Source: Fimbriimonadales bacterium
GTDB lineage: Bacteria > Armatimonadota > Fimbriimonadia > Fimbriimonadales > ATM1
Direction: 5' to 3'
DNA: 64,000 nt
Assembly (NCBI GenBank): GCA_051003155.1
Contig: JBPCLO010000052.1
Coordinates: 1-64,000, forward strand
Shown piece by piece: positions 29,801-38,457 of the stretch. The position numbers and the translations under genes were made by a program. Numbering within the stretch: the stretch's first letter is position 1; the number at the start of each line of letters is the position of its first letter. The notes under the pieces were generated by a model that worked only from the letters and a program-made list of their open reading frames with translations, did not search any database and was not told the DNA's origin.

Positions 29801-30332
29801 TTATGTTCGTGTTCCCCACCAGGAAGTTGTTCTTGATCCCGATGTTTTGCGACTGCATAACGCGGCCATCGACAAATCTCTCGGCGCCCCCCATCCCCAT
29901 GAGCATCGTCATCGAGCCCTGGCGGCCGAAATTTAGAGTAAGGAGTGGCAAGGCGCTCCCCCCTGAGGACGCCTTGCCATCCGGATCATGCCGGTAACGC
30001 ACCCTAATCGAGTCGGAGTCCTTTACTTCAATCTTAACGTACAGGACTCCAGATGCGAAATCGACCTCGAAATCGGTACCTTCTTTTAGGCTCTGGCCGC
30101 TAATGTCCACCGCGACCGTTCCTCGAATCACATTTCCGTAACGGAGAGGATAGCCCAAACCCCGCTTCACACCAGGCATTACGTCGACGGCTGCCTTGCC
30201 TCGGAGCGGTGATCCGACATCTTTGACTCCATCCAGATCGAAAAGTGGCAGCTGTGCGTGCGCAAAAAAAGGCATGCCAATCGCGATTGCGACCGACACG
30301 AGCATTCCCTTGCTTCGCGTGCGGTTACCCAT
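26841..30332 (-). CDS. Large exported repetitive beta-strand protein, putative outer-membrane barrel
   Basis: Signal peptide, alternating strands, six internal repeats, C-terminal YQLRF. Confidence 0.75.
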   Translation of the reverse strand: MGNRTRSKGMLVSVAIAIGMPFFAHAQLPLFDLDGVKDVGSPLRGKAAVDVMPGVKRGLGYPLRYGNVIRGTVAVDISGQSLKEGTDFEVDFASGVLYVKIEVKDSDSIRVRYRHDPDGKASSGGSALPLLTLNFGRQGSMTMLMGMGGAERFVDGRVMQSQNIGIKNNFLVGNTNISGMYLVSSRSNALVAADGASPDGGQVTAGTEGTDSLIVQKATVALGSGTSFTAEYQRVDQGFAGFDALTSGGVAEETISQLEKEKGIYRMGLGFSGGSPKGLSFTNSFRTIDDGRGKITFHDYGLKSAAFDLYFNSRKIGNSFSRFEDIAETDRAQYQKERGIERTGFGGALRFGQSSLKFDRSSISQEDHNGVSKSNLSFDTPWLNAAYSTQEIDALFARAGDLAEGERDQWGKERGFGRKDMSFALPRGKDRVFASYSQKSVEFDGNTLRSSALSYGTKNMGLEFWNRSSAPGFLRFGDLTGPERDTFANQVLRMYDPAAAANDNDKTWLDREAGLSRSFLRFKGSPSKASSVTFETLAIVGANGGIKNDVLRASSGSLKFDYRHMNIDPTFLRVFDLLEAERNFYGNQIGFDKREWSLAGKLGAKTDFSLSQMGVDTENGGVQRMKASVKGQGFEVSAGVRNIDASFDRVFDIGDPERDLLSQLVGYQQKDLQLKFHSIKNFKIDALLYDADNGDEELHRYKHQASISYAPDKFTQLAFNFNNHKLNGMTGLLYQNNVSSFRGTRNFGKAGQVSYMHEEEKFAGLEKEKPDRKTDVIKYETNFMKSLSFMTEQVRTLFADGGYENVQSYKLGWQVTKKLGINVEQVEVARDKDKPDQEATNLGFSYDFGNNLKLGYTWHHDLDTVLGGKHNLKWELTNGSMGGFNMGGSFTENGVDGQRASEIGNFTLSNPKPFNLGIFKEVKINLGYDGETQLGVPQRERRLGDFSTKIFGSLFGLGYGHVLLPGQIIGADRFVTFKLDPTCKKRLQVNLGYKVRTLPNGGNLVMQDFDLSYKVGDNFNLIHSTDNFTEQAEIGSPLGTSTKPTRARTWAVDYIPNTDTNFKFAFNDLEDVQQHTLARRANVTMSMFNKSGSPIKLTYGVEQGENPLDGRRTRHQYEFAFDQKPGPNQTFSFAFGSINWEHGIVEGQLWNRMMLNVDYQLRF

Positions 30333-30353
30333 TCCGAAATTCGAATCAGCGCC

Positions 30354-31199
30354 CTACTTGGAGCCGACCGCCTCCTTTATGTCCCTGTTCTGCTCGTTAA
30401 GCTTGCGGATGCGATCCCTGAGCTTTTGCGCGGCCGTCGGAAGCACCTTCGGCGAGCCGGCGGGAGCGGTGTTAACCAGAGACCATTCCGCGTCCGTGCC
30501 GGGTATTGCATCAAACTGTCTAGGCTCGGGTCGCTCAAAGCGGCCGTCGTCGATGTGCGCATATGTCGTCGGAGGCTTGATCGACCCTTGGCGTGAAACC
30601 GGCTGCGCGGTCGGCTTGTTACGGGCGGACGGTCGTGCGACTGGTTTAGTCGCCAGAACTGCGAGCGTTCGCGGCTGCTTTTTCGCAAGCGGCGCCTCCG
30701 CCCCCCGGTTCATTCGGGGCGTGCCAGCCGTCACTTTTCTCGCAAGCGGCGCGGCAGCAGGGGACGACAGTTTGGGCAGCTCGACTGTTGGCCCAGGGTC
30801 CAGATTAGTTGCAACAAGTGGCAGGTCTGGCTTCGGCGACGGAAGCTGCGTCGGATTGAAAACCGCGAAAAGAAGCGCCGCTGCGGCGCCACAGGTCGCC
30901 AGTGCGCCGGCTGCTTGCCATGCGAATCGCCGCCTCCCCACGGTTTTTGTAAGTATGGCTTCGCCGAGCCATGCCGGGGGCTCCGGAGTTTCGGAAGCCA
31001 AAAGTGCAGCCTGACTTCTTAGACTGGCGAGAGCTTCGCGTGCTGCCCGGCTTTCCGCCAGATACGCTTCGACCAGTCGCCGTTCCTTCGGCGTGCACTC
31101 GCCGTCGACGTATGCGGAAACAAACTCGAACATCTCTTCGTCAAGGTTTTCGCCATGGCCCGACAACTCCAATTCATCCCAAATGTCGTTGTTGTTCAT
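30354..31199 (-). CDS. Anti-sigma-factor-like membrane protein
   Basis: VSAYVDGECTPKERRLVEAYL (zf-HC2-like without the Cys pair), one TM. Confidence 0.75.
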   Translation of the reverse strand: MNNNDIWDELELSGHGENLDEEMFEFVSAYVDGECTPKERRLVEAYLAESRAAREALASLRSQAALLASETPEPPAWLGEAILTKTVGRRRFAWQAAGALATCGAAAALLFAVFNPTQLPSPKPDLPLVATNLDPGPTVELPKLSSPAAAPLARKVTAGTPRMNRGAEAPLAKKQPRTLAVLATKPVARPSARNKPTAQPVSRQGSIKPPTTYAHIDDGRFERPEPRQFDAIPGTDAEWSLVNTAPAGSPKVLPTAAQKLRDRIRKLNEQNRDIKEAVGSK

Positions 31200-31251
31200 T
31201 TTCCTGCTCTAGAGTGTTATTTAGACAGGAATTCGGCGGATTAGTGGCAAG

Positions 31252-32517
31252 CTAGTCGACAGCGGCGCTGTAGACAGCGCGCAGCACTTCCGACGCCGTG
31301 GTGAAGCCTTGCAGAATCTTCTGTCGGCCGTCCTCGAGCATAGTCGTCATGCCTTGCCGGCGGGACGCTCCCGCGATCTCCCCATGCTCAGCGCCGCGGG
31401 CTATTGCCGCCCGCATGTCGCCCGAGCCCAGAATCAGTTCAAAAACACCGATTCTGCCCTTGAATCCCGTTCCCCTACACTCGGAACAGCCGACGCCACG
31501 CAAAAACGTTCCGTCGATCCTCTGGCCCGGCTCGAAGCCTAGTGAGACGAGTTCATCGTCGGTCGGTGTCAATGGCTCGCGGCAGTTCGGGCAGTTCAAC
31601 CTAACCAGCCTCTGAGCCATGATCGCCACCGTAACAGCGGACACCAGGTATGGCTGGGCGTTCATGTCGAACATGCGTCCGACCGTTTCGACCGCGTTAT
31701 TGGTGTGTAAGGTGGTGAGCACCAGGTGGCCGGTGAGGGCGGCCTGTATAGCGATGTCCAGCGATTCTGGATCACGGATTTCTCCCACCATCATCACATC
31801 CGGGTCTTGCCTGAGGAAGGTTCGCATAACCTTCGGGAATCCCATCTTCTCCGTGACCTGAACCTGGGTGACACTATCCGCGAACTCGTACTCGATCGGA
31901 TCTTCCACGGTTACAATGTTGCGCCTGCGGCGGTCGAAACCTTGAAGGCTGGCGTATAAAGTTGAAGTCTTCCCACTTCCGGTGGGACCGGTGACCAGAA
32001 GCATTCCATAGGGGCTTTCGAGCGCCTTTGACCACTTCTCCATAACCTCGACCGACATGCCAAGCTTCGCCAAGTCGACGCGCATCGCTGCAGGGTCAAG
32101 AATCCTAAGGACAACTTTCTCTCCGTTTAGTGAAGGAATAACCGAGCATCTTGCACTTAATTTGCGAGTCTCGTACTCCATGTCCACTCGGCCGTCTTGT
32201 GGCTCTCGACGTTCGTCGATGTGCATGCCGGCCGCCAGTTTGATCCTCGCCAAAACGTTTGCCGCGGTTTCAGGTGGCAACTGGCCATTATCCGTTAGCT
32301 CCCCATCCAGGCGAAATCTAATCTTGAGCTGGTCCCGCTCCGGTTGCAGGTGGATGTCGCTCGCCCCGGCCTCGAGCGCGTTCATGAAAATATTGTCCAC
32401 GATTTGGACGGCGATCGACATCTCTTCGCCACCCATTTCGCGGGCCTTTCCTTGTTCTCGAAGAATGAGGCGGAAGCGTTTCATCGCGCCCCAGTTGGAT
32501 TTGCTCAGGTCTTGCAC
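31252..32517 (-). CDS. GspE/PilB-family secretion ATPase (short N-terminus)
   Basis: ASDIHLQP, GPTGSGKT, EDPIEY, LRQDPD, TGHLVLTTLH, CPNC/CSEC. Confidence 0.93.
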   Translation of the reverse strand: MQDLSKSNWGAMKRFRLILREQGKAREMGGEEMSIAVQIVDNIFMNALEAGASDIHLQPERDQLKIRFRLDGELTDNGQLPPETAANVLARIKLAAGMHIDERREPQDGRVDMEYETRKLSARCSVIPSLNGEKVVLRILDPAAMRVDLAKLGMSVEVMEKWSKALESPYGMLLVTGPTGSGKTSTLYASLQGFDRRRRNIVTVEDPIEYEFADSVTQVQVTEKMGFPKVMRTFLRQDPDVMMVGEIRDPESLDIAIQAALTGHLVLTTLHTNNAVETVGRMFDMNAQPYLVSAVTVAIMAQRLVRLNCPNCREPLTPTDDELVSLGFEPGQRIDGTFLRGVGCSECRGTGFKGRIGVFELILGSGDMRAAIARGAEHGEIAGASRRQGMTTMLEDGRQKILQGFTTASEVLRAVYSAAVD

Positions 32518-32566
32518 GGCTTTATCGGAGCCGAGTGTACCGTTAGCCGCGTGTCAGAATACGACT

Positions 32567-33448
32567 GTGGAGCTTGTCGCGGATCGGAAGGAGAGGCTCG
32601 ACCTTTTCCTCAAACGACATTTGCCCAAACACAGCCGGACCAAGCTAGCCGGACACATCGCCGCGGGTCACGTCAGCGTCGACGGCAGCGCCCGAAAGCC
32701 GGGATTTCCTCTCGAAAGGGGTATGAAGGTAAATATCGGTCCGATCGAACCGGCTCCTTCGCAAGACCTGTCGCCGGTTCCCATGGAACTCGACTTCGCT
32801 TACGAGGACGAACATCTCCTTGTCGTAAATAAGCCTGCTTCCCTAAGCGTGCACCCTTCAGCCACGTCCAATGCTCCGACCCTGGTTCACGCGCTCCTTG
32901 CTCGCTCTGGCGAACTCAGCAACGCTGGCGGCGAGTTCAGGCCGGGCATCGTGCACCGGCTCGACAAGGACACGAGTGGGCTGTTGCTGGTTGCAAAGTC
33001 CGATTCCGTCCACCGCAAACTCCAACAGGCGATTCAAAGCAGGCAGGTCGCGCGTATCTACCTGGTCTGGGTTAATGGAATCCCCGACCAGGCCGAATTC
33101 AGCATTCGCTCCTACCTCGGCCGTCACCCTAAGAACCGCAAGAAGATGGCAGTGGTTCACGAGGCTGCCCCCGATGCCCGATTTGCGATCACACACTGCA
33201 GCGTCGTGGGGTCGAAGGGGGGCATAACCGCATTGGAGTGCCGTCTAGAAACCGGCCGAACCCACCAAATTAGAGTACATTTGAGCTCGGTGGGACTGCC
33301 TGTGCTCGGCGACCAAGTGTATGGGATCAGATGGCCCGGCCTTGTGCGGCAAGCTCTGCACGCAGCAAGGCTCATCTTAAGGCACCCCGTAACCGGCGCA
33401 GAAATTGACGTTCGGGCCGACGTACCGGAAGATTTAAGGGAACTCTAA
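32567..33448 (+). CDS. RluA/RluD family pseudouridine synthase
   Basis: S4 domain, VVNKPA, HRLDKDTSG, TGRTHQIRVH. Confidence 0.95.
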   Translation: MELVADRKERLDLFLKRHLPKHSRTKLAGHIAAGHVSVDGSARKPGFPLERGMKVNIGPIEPAPSQDLSPVPMELDFAYEDEHLLVVNKPASLSVHPSATSNAPTLVHALLARSGELSNAGGEFRPGIVHRLDKDTSGLLLVAKSDSVHRKLQQAIQSRQVARIYLVWVNGIPDQAEFSIRSYLGRHPKNRKKMAVVHEAAPDARFAITHCSVVGSKGGITALECRLETGRTHQIRVHLSSVGLPVLGDQVYGIRWPGLVRQALHAARLILRHPVTGAEIDVRADVPEDLREL

Positions 33449-33449
33449 A

Positions 33450-34235
33450 GTGCGAAACTGGCGAATCTATAAGCAGTTCTTCCGGTCAAGCCTTCAACGA
33501 GAACTCGAGTTTAGGACTAATTTTTTCGCAAAAATTGTACAAAACATCGTCTGGATGATGTTCTTCATCCTCATCCTGAAGGTCATCTATCGGAACACCG
33601 ACAGCGTAGCTAACTGGTCCGAAGGCAACAGCTATGTTCTCGTTGCTACGGTCTTTCTGATGGCAGCTTTCGTTGCCGCTACCTTTTCGAGCAACTTGCA
33701 GGAGCTGCCGGAGAAAGTCAGGAAAGGCACTTTGGATTTTGACATCGTGAAGCCCGTCGACAGCCAGCTGCTGGTTAGCATCAGGAAATTCAACTTCGAC
33801 GAAATCGGCACGTTTCTGGTCGGAATCGCGATGGTATTCGTGGGGCTCAGAATGAGCAGACATGTCCCGAGCCTCACGGAGGTTTTGGTCTACGTGCTGT
33901 TTGTCGCCTGCGCCATTGCGATTTTCTATTCGTTCGAGTTGATGCTGATGACTCTCGGAATCTGGCTCGTCCGCGTCGACAACCTTTGGGTTCTCGGCGA
34001 AACGGTCTTTACGGTTGCTCGCTTCCCTACCGATATCTACACGGCGCCCGTGCGCAAGTTCCTGACCTACGGCCTTCCGCTGGCCTTGATTGCAACCGAG
34101 CCGGCTCGGGCGCTGCTTGGAGGGCGTCCGCCCGGTTTCGTCATTTATGCCGTTGCCTGGGCGCTCGGATTTCTCCTCATCAGCCGACTGTTCTGGCGGT
34201 TCGCTTTGAGGCACTACACGAGCGCCAGCAGTTAG
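33450..34235 (+). CDS. ABC-2 family transporter permease
   Basis: GTLDFDIVKPVD, RFPTDIY, multiple TMs. Confidence 0.88.
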   Translation: MRNWRIYKQFFRSSLQRELEFRTNFFAKIVQNIVWMMFFILILKVIYRNTDSVANWSEGNSYVLVATVFLMAAFVAATFSSNLQELPEKVRKGTLDFDIVKPVDSQLLVSIRKFNFDEIGTFLVGIAMVFVGLRMSRHVPSLTEVLVYVLFVACAIAIFYSFELMLMTLGIWLVRVDNLWVLGETVFTVARFPTDIYTAPVRKFLTYGLPLALIATEPARALLGGRPPGFVIYAVAWALGFLLISRLFWRFALRHYTSASS

Positions 34236-34256
34236 TAACGTGTAGACTGACAATCG

Positions 34257-37052
34257 ATGTCATATCCCGAGACCGGCCTTTCCGAAGAAGCGCGCGCACG
34301 ATTTATTCGTTGGGCGATTGTGCTGGGCCTGCTGTTCGGTCTGCTGACATTCGGATCTTCTTTGTTGCGACTGCAGGCTGACTATTGGTGGTACCTGCAT
34401 GATGGCAAGGCTCCGGCCGTGTTCTCGATCGCATTGCGGACCAGGGTGGTTTTATTTGCAGCGGGACTGTTGGTCAGCGCAGCCGCACTCTATTTCAATA
34501 TTCGATACGCATTAGGCTCTTCGATGATTTTCGGCTGGCGGCCTGATTCACTTTCCGAGAGAACGGTTGCCGGAATGCTGAGTTGGACGCAGCAACGGAC
34601 CGCGAGCATCGTAAAAATCGCCGCGCCGGTAATCGGAATAATGTTCGGTTTTTCTTTGGCCGAACAATGGAACTTGTGGCTCCTGTTTCAGAATCCGGTT
34701 CCATTCGGGAAAATCGATCCGATATTCGGCAGAGATTACGCGTTCTTTGTGTTTCAGCTTCCACTTTTGAAAGCCGTCGTCGGATGGCTCCTCGGTTTAT
34801 CGATCCTCTGCGGACTTGCTACTGTAGGCGTCTATTTCGGTCTGCCCCTTATGGCGAAGTTAGCAAAGATGCCCGTGGCAATGCCGACGGTTCGCGCACA
34901 TCTCACGGTCATGGCCTCGATTGTTCTGGTGCTCATGGGTGCGATGCTATGGCTGAATCGGTACGACGCAACAACCGCCATTTCCGATAAGTTCACGGGC
35001 GCGGGCTACACTGACCTCCAAAAGCTCGGTTCACAAACCATTGTTTGTTTCGCGCTTTTGATTTCTGCGACGGTAGCTCTGTTGAATTTGAAGCTTTGGA
35101 AGCCTTACGCGGCGATCGCTGTCGCGGCAGGAATCACGGCGGGCATCTACTTGGTCGGCGTCCTGATCTGGCCGAATTTCATACAATCCTACAAAGTCAA
35201 CCCAAATGCGCTAACGCTTCAGGAGCCCTATATACGGCGTGCGCTAGAGGCGACGCGCTGGGCGTACGGGCTCGACAAGATACGCAGCCTCCCGTTCCCA
35301 ATTGAAGTCCAACCAACTCCGGGTGCCATGAAGGCGGCGGAAGTCACCCTGCAAAATATGCGCTTGTGGGATCCGCACATATTGCAACTAACGGTCAATA
35401 ATTTGCAATCGCTCCGCGATTACTATTCGTTCCAAGATATCGACGTCGATCGCTACACGATAAATGGCGCCCAGCGGATGCTGATGCTTGGAGCAAGAGA
35501 CCTCACAATTAGTAAATTGGACGCCAACCGCCGCAATTGGCAAAATACCCATTTGCAATACACACACGGAAACGGCGCGGTGGCTGTCCCGGTCAATGAA
35601 TCTACTCAATCCGGTAAGCCTGTTTTCTTGTTAAGCGACATCCCGCCTCAAGGCGCGAAAGAGCTGCTCCTCAAGGAACCGAGGATCTACTACAGCGATC
35701 CACAAGGCGCAGATGGAATGGCATCGGATCAATACGTTCTGGTGCGTTCCAAACTCCCAGAGTTCGACTATTCTGAGTCGGGCGAGGCGGAACACCGATG
35801 GACCCACAACGGTGGCATTCCGATTTCAGCGGCGTGGCCCAAGCTTGTGTATTCCGTTGTTCTGGGGGACAAAGACATCCTCTTCAGCGACGCGATTACA
35901 AACGAAACACGACTCCTTTACCATCGAAGCGTCCGTGAAAGGGCCCGAAAACTCTTCCCCTATTTGCACTGGGACTACGACCCGTATATCACAATCGTCG
36001 ATGGAAGATTAGTGTGGATCCTGGATGGTTACGCGACGACCGACGCTATTCCATACAGCGCACTTTCGATGCTGGGCCAAGAGAGGCTAAATTATGTTCG
36101 GAATAGCATCAAGCTGACGATCGACGCATATACCGGGGAGTGGAATGCTTATCAAACCGATGCAGATGATCCGATAATAAAGGCTTACGACAAGATCTAT
36201 CCGGGAATGATGCAACCGGCATCCGCAGCACCTGCGGGCATTCGGGAGCATTTCCGATATCCGGAAGATCTATTTTCGCTGCAGAGCTTGCAGCTGACGC
36301 TTTATCATCCGCTGGATAAGGACCCCGCGAAAGAAGCGCAGAAGTTCTTCCGTAACGAAGATGCCTGGCAGATACCTGATCAATCCGCGCAATCGGGCGG
36401 CTCCGCCCAAATGAGCCCTTATTACGTCCAGATGCGCCTACCGAACGAAGCGAAGGATGGCTTCCTACTCATCTTGCCTTTCACTCCAAGGGACCGGCCG
36501 AACATGATCGGTTGGCTCGCCGCCCATTGCGACGCCGAGGACTATGGGAAGCTCGACTTGTTTCGGTTCCCGCGCGACAAGAACATCAACGGCCCTGCGC
36601 AACAAGAGGCCAGCTTCCAAACGGATTTGGACCTGAGCCAAAAGACAACCCTGATCGGCCAAGTCGGCAGCGAAATCGTCCACGGAAACCTGCTCGTCGT
36701 GCCGATCGGCCAGAGCGTCATGTATGTCAAGACCTTATTCCTGGTCTCCAGTCAACAAGGTATTCGGCCGCTGCCCGAGCTAAAGCTCATCGTATTGGCG
36801 TTCAGCAACAAGATCGTGTTCGCCGAAAACTATGCGCGCGCCCTCGACCTGCTCATTGGCGACGAAGCGCCGAAGCCCGATTCCGCGAAGGAGCCCCCGC
36901 AAAGGGAAGGTGTCCTGTCCGGTGGCGTTGCCCAAAGAGCGCTCCAGCTCATGGAGGAAGGCAAGGCGGCCCTCAAGGCCGGTGACTGGGCGAAGTACGG
37001 CACCTCACAACGAAGGCTGGAACGGCTGTTGCGAGACGCTATCGGAAACTAA
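34257..37052 (+). CDS. UPF0182 family membrane protein
   Basis: DPIFGRD, RLWDP, DVDRY, YTHGNG, NYVRNS, HFRYPEDLF. Confidence 0.93.
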   Translation: MSYPETGLSEEARARFIRWAIVLGLLFGLLTFGSSLLRLQADYWWYLHDGKAPAVFSIALRTRVVLFAAGLLVSAAALYFNIRYALGSSMIFGWRPDSLSERTVAGMLSWTQQRTASIVKIAAPVIGIMFGFSLAEQWNLWLLFQNPVPFGKIDPIFGRDYAFFVFQLPLLKAVVGWLLGLSILCGLATVGVYFGLPLMAKLAKMPVAMPTVRAHLTVMASIVLVLMGAMLWLNRYDATTAISDKFTGAGYTDLQKLGSQTIVCFALLISATVALLNLKLWKPYAAIAVAAGITAGIYLVGVLIWPNFIQSYKVNPNALTLQEPYIRRALEATRWAYGLDKIRSLPFPIEVQPTPGAMKAAEVTLQNMRLWDPHILQLTVNNLQSLRDYYSFQDIDVDRYTINGAQRMLMLGARDLTISKLDANRRNWQNTHLQYTHGNGAVAVPVNESTQSGKPVFLLSDIPPQGAKELLLKEPRIYYSDPQGADGMASDQYVLVRSKLPEFDYSESGEAEHRWTHNGGIPISAAWPKLVYSVVLGDKDILFSDAITNETRLLYHRSVRERARKLFPYLHWDYDPYITIVDGRLVWILDGYATTDAIPYSALSMLGQERLNYVRNSIKLTIDAYTGEWNAYQTDADDPIIKAYDKIYPGMMQPASAAPAGIREHFRYPEDLFSLQSLQLTLYHPLDKDPAKEAQKFFRNEDAWQIPDQSAQSGGSAQMSPYYVQMRLPNEAKDGFLLILPFTPRDRPNMIGWLAAHCDAEDYGKLDLFRFPRDKNINGPAQQEASFQTDLDLSQKTTLIGQVGSEIVHGNLLVVPIGQSVMYVKTLFLVSSQQGIRPLPELKLIVLAFSNKIVFAENYARALDLLIGDEAPKPDSAKEPPQREGVLSGGVAQRALQLMEEGKAALKAGDWAKYGTSQRRLERLLRDAIGN

Positions 37053-37588
37053 GGCTCGCGCCTGGGGATTGGCGCGGTTACAACTGTCCTGCCGGAGAGC
37101 GTGACAACCCCATCGCCCACCTTGATGGACTTCACGGTAGCGTCGATGGCGTACCCGGTGGTGTCGATTATTGGGTTCACCTTGTTAAGTTGGTCGCGCA
37201 TCATACCGTCCGGCATTTTTACACCGCCGACCTCCGCCCGCTTGGGAACAAAGTTCAGCTTACCGGCCGAAAATTCTAGCGTTCCCTCGGCGCCGACCTG
37301 CACGGATACAATCACTTTCGCGATCGCCACCACGGTAAGGACGCCATTCTCGGCCTTCACGGAGAAGTTCGTCATACCGCTTGGCTGCCTCTTGTTCAGG
37401 TATGCCTCGATATCTGCTGCCTCGATAACCGCGTCGAGATCGACCGTCGTTCCTTCAGGGACGAAGAAAGGGTTGATCTGCAGGACCGGCATCGGTAGCA
37501 CTATATTCGCCGATGCGATTCGCAACCCGTTGGGCAGGATGAGCCCTTGGGTCGACACTTGAAGCTGGGTGGCATGAACGGCCGACAT
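37049..37588 (-). CDS. Hypothetical, DUF2993/LmeA-like
   Basis: Beta-rich, LNKVNPIID motif shared with 42814-43635. Confidence 0.5.
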   Translation of the reverse strand: MSAVHATQLQVSTQGLILPNGLRIASANIVLPMPVLQINPFFVPEGTTVDLDAVIEAADIEAYLNKRQPSGMTNFSVKAENGVLTVVAIAKVIVSVQVGAEGTLEFSAGKLNFVPKRAEVGGVKMPDGMMRDQLNKVNPIIDTTGYAIDATVKSIKVGDGVVTLSGRTVVTAPIPRREP

Positions 37589-37626
37589 CGCCCTAAGTAT
37601 GCCCCGCAAGGGTAACCTCATAGCAC

Positions 37627-38457
37627 ATGACGAAGACGCAAATTCGGATCGGACACAGCCCCGACAGCGACGATGCTTTCATGTTCTGGGGCCTGGCGAG
37701 CGGCACGGTCGAGTCGGATTACGAATTCGAGCACATTCTGCGGGATATTCAAACCCTGAACGAATGGGCTCTCGAAGGCAAACTCGAATCGACCGCCATC
37801 TCGGTTCACACGTTCGCCCACGTCGCGGATAAGTACGCCCTCCTTCGACATGGGGGGAGCTTCGGCGAAAACTATGGCCCGATCATCATCGCGCGAGAGC
37901 TCCTCACGACGGAGCAGTTGCGAAATACCGTCATTGCCGTACCAGGTAAATTGACCAGTGCGTACCTTCAACTCAATTTGTTCTTGCCAGGGGCCAAGGT
38001 TGCCGTCGTTCCTTTCGACGAAATCATGCCAGCCGTAATATCCCGCGAGTACGATGCCGGCTTAATCATCCACGAAGGCCAACTTACATGGGAAAAGGAA
38101 GGGCTCGTCCAAATCGCCGATTTCGGTAAATGGTGGAAAGAAAAAACGGGCCTCCCGCTTCCTCTCGGCGTTAATGTTGTGAGAAAAGACCTCGGCGAAA
38201 GTGCTGTCAAGGAATTAAGTCGGGTCATGCGTGAGAGCGTCAAGGCGGGGCTCCAAAATAGAGAAACCGCGCTCGAATATGCCCTGCAATTCGCGCGCGG
38301 AATGGACGTGGAGACGAGCGACGAATTCGTTAGCATGTACGTTAACGAACGCACCCTCGATATGGGCGACGAAGGCATCCAAGCGATCAAGCTTTTGCTG
38401 AAAATGGGATCGGATGCGGGCATCGTGCCGCCCGCCGAAGTTCAGGTCGTAGACTAA
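37627..38457 (+). CDS. mqnD: 1,4-dihydroxy-6-naphthoate synthase (futalosine pathway)
   Basis: GHSPDSDDAFMF, LIIHEGQLT, PLPLG, MYVN. Confidence 0.92.
   Translation: MTKTQIRIGHSPDSDDAFMFWGLASGTVESDYEFEHILRDIQTLNEWALEGKLESTAISVHTFAHVADKYALLRHGGSFGENYGPIIIARELLTTEQLRNTVIAVPGKLTSAYLQLNLFLPGAKVAVVPFDEIMPAVISREYDAGLIIHEGQLTWEKEGLVQIADFGKWWKEKTGLPLPLGVNVVRKDLGESAVKELSRVMRESVKAGLQNRETALEYALQFARGMDVETSDEFVSMYVNERTLDMGDEGIQAIKLLLKMGSDAGIVPPAEVQVVD

Noticed and set aside
32057..32566. N-terminal extension of the RluA ORF
   Set aside because: Antisense shadow of the GspE/PilB gene; the likely start is GTG 32567.
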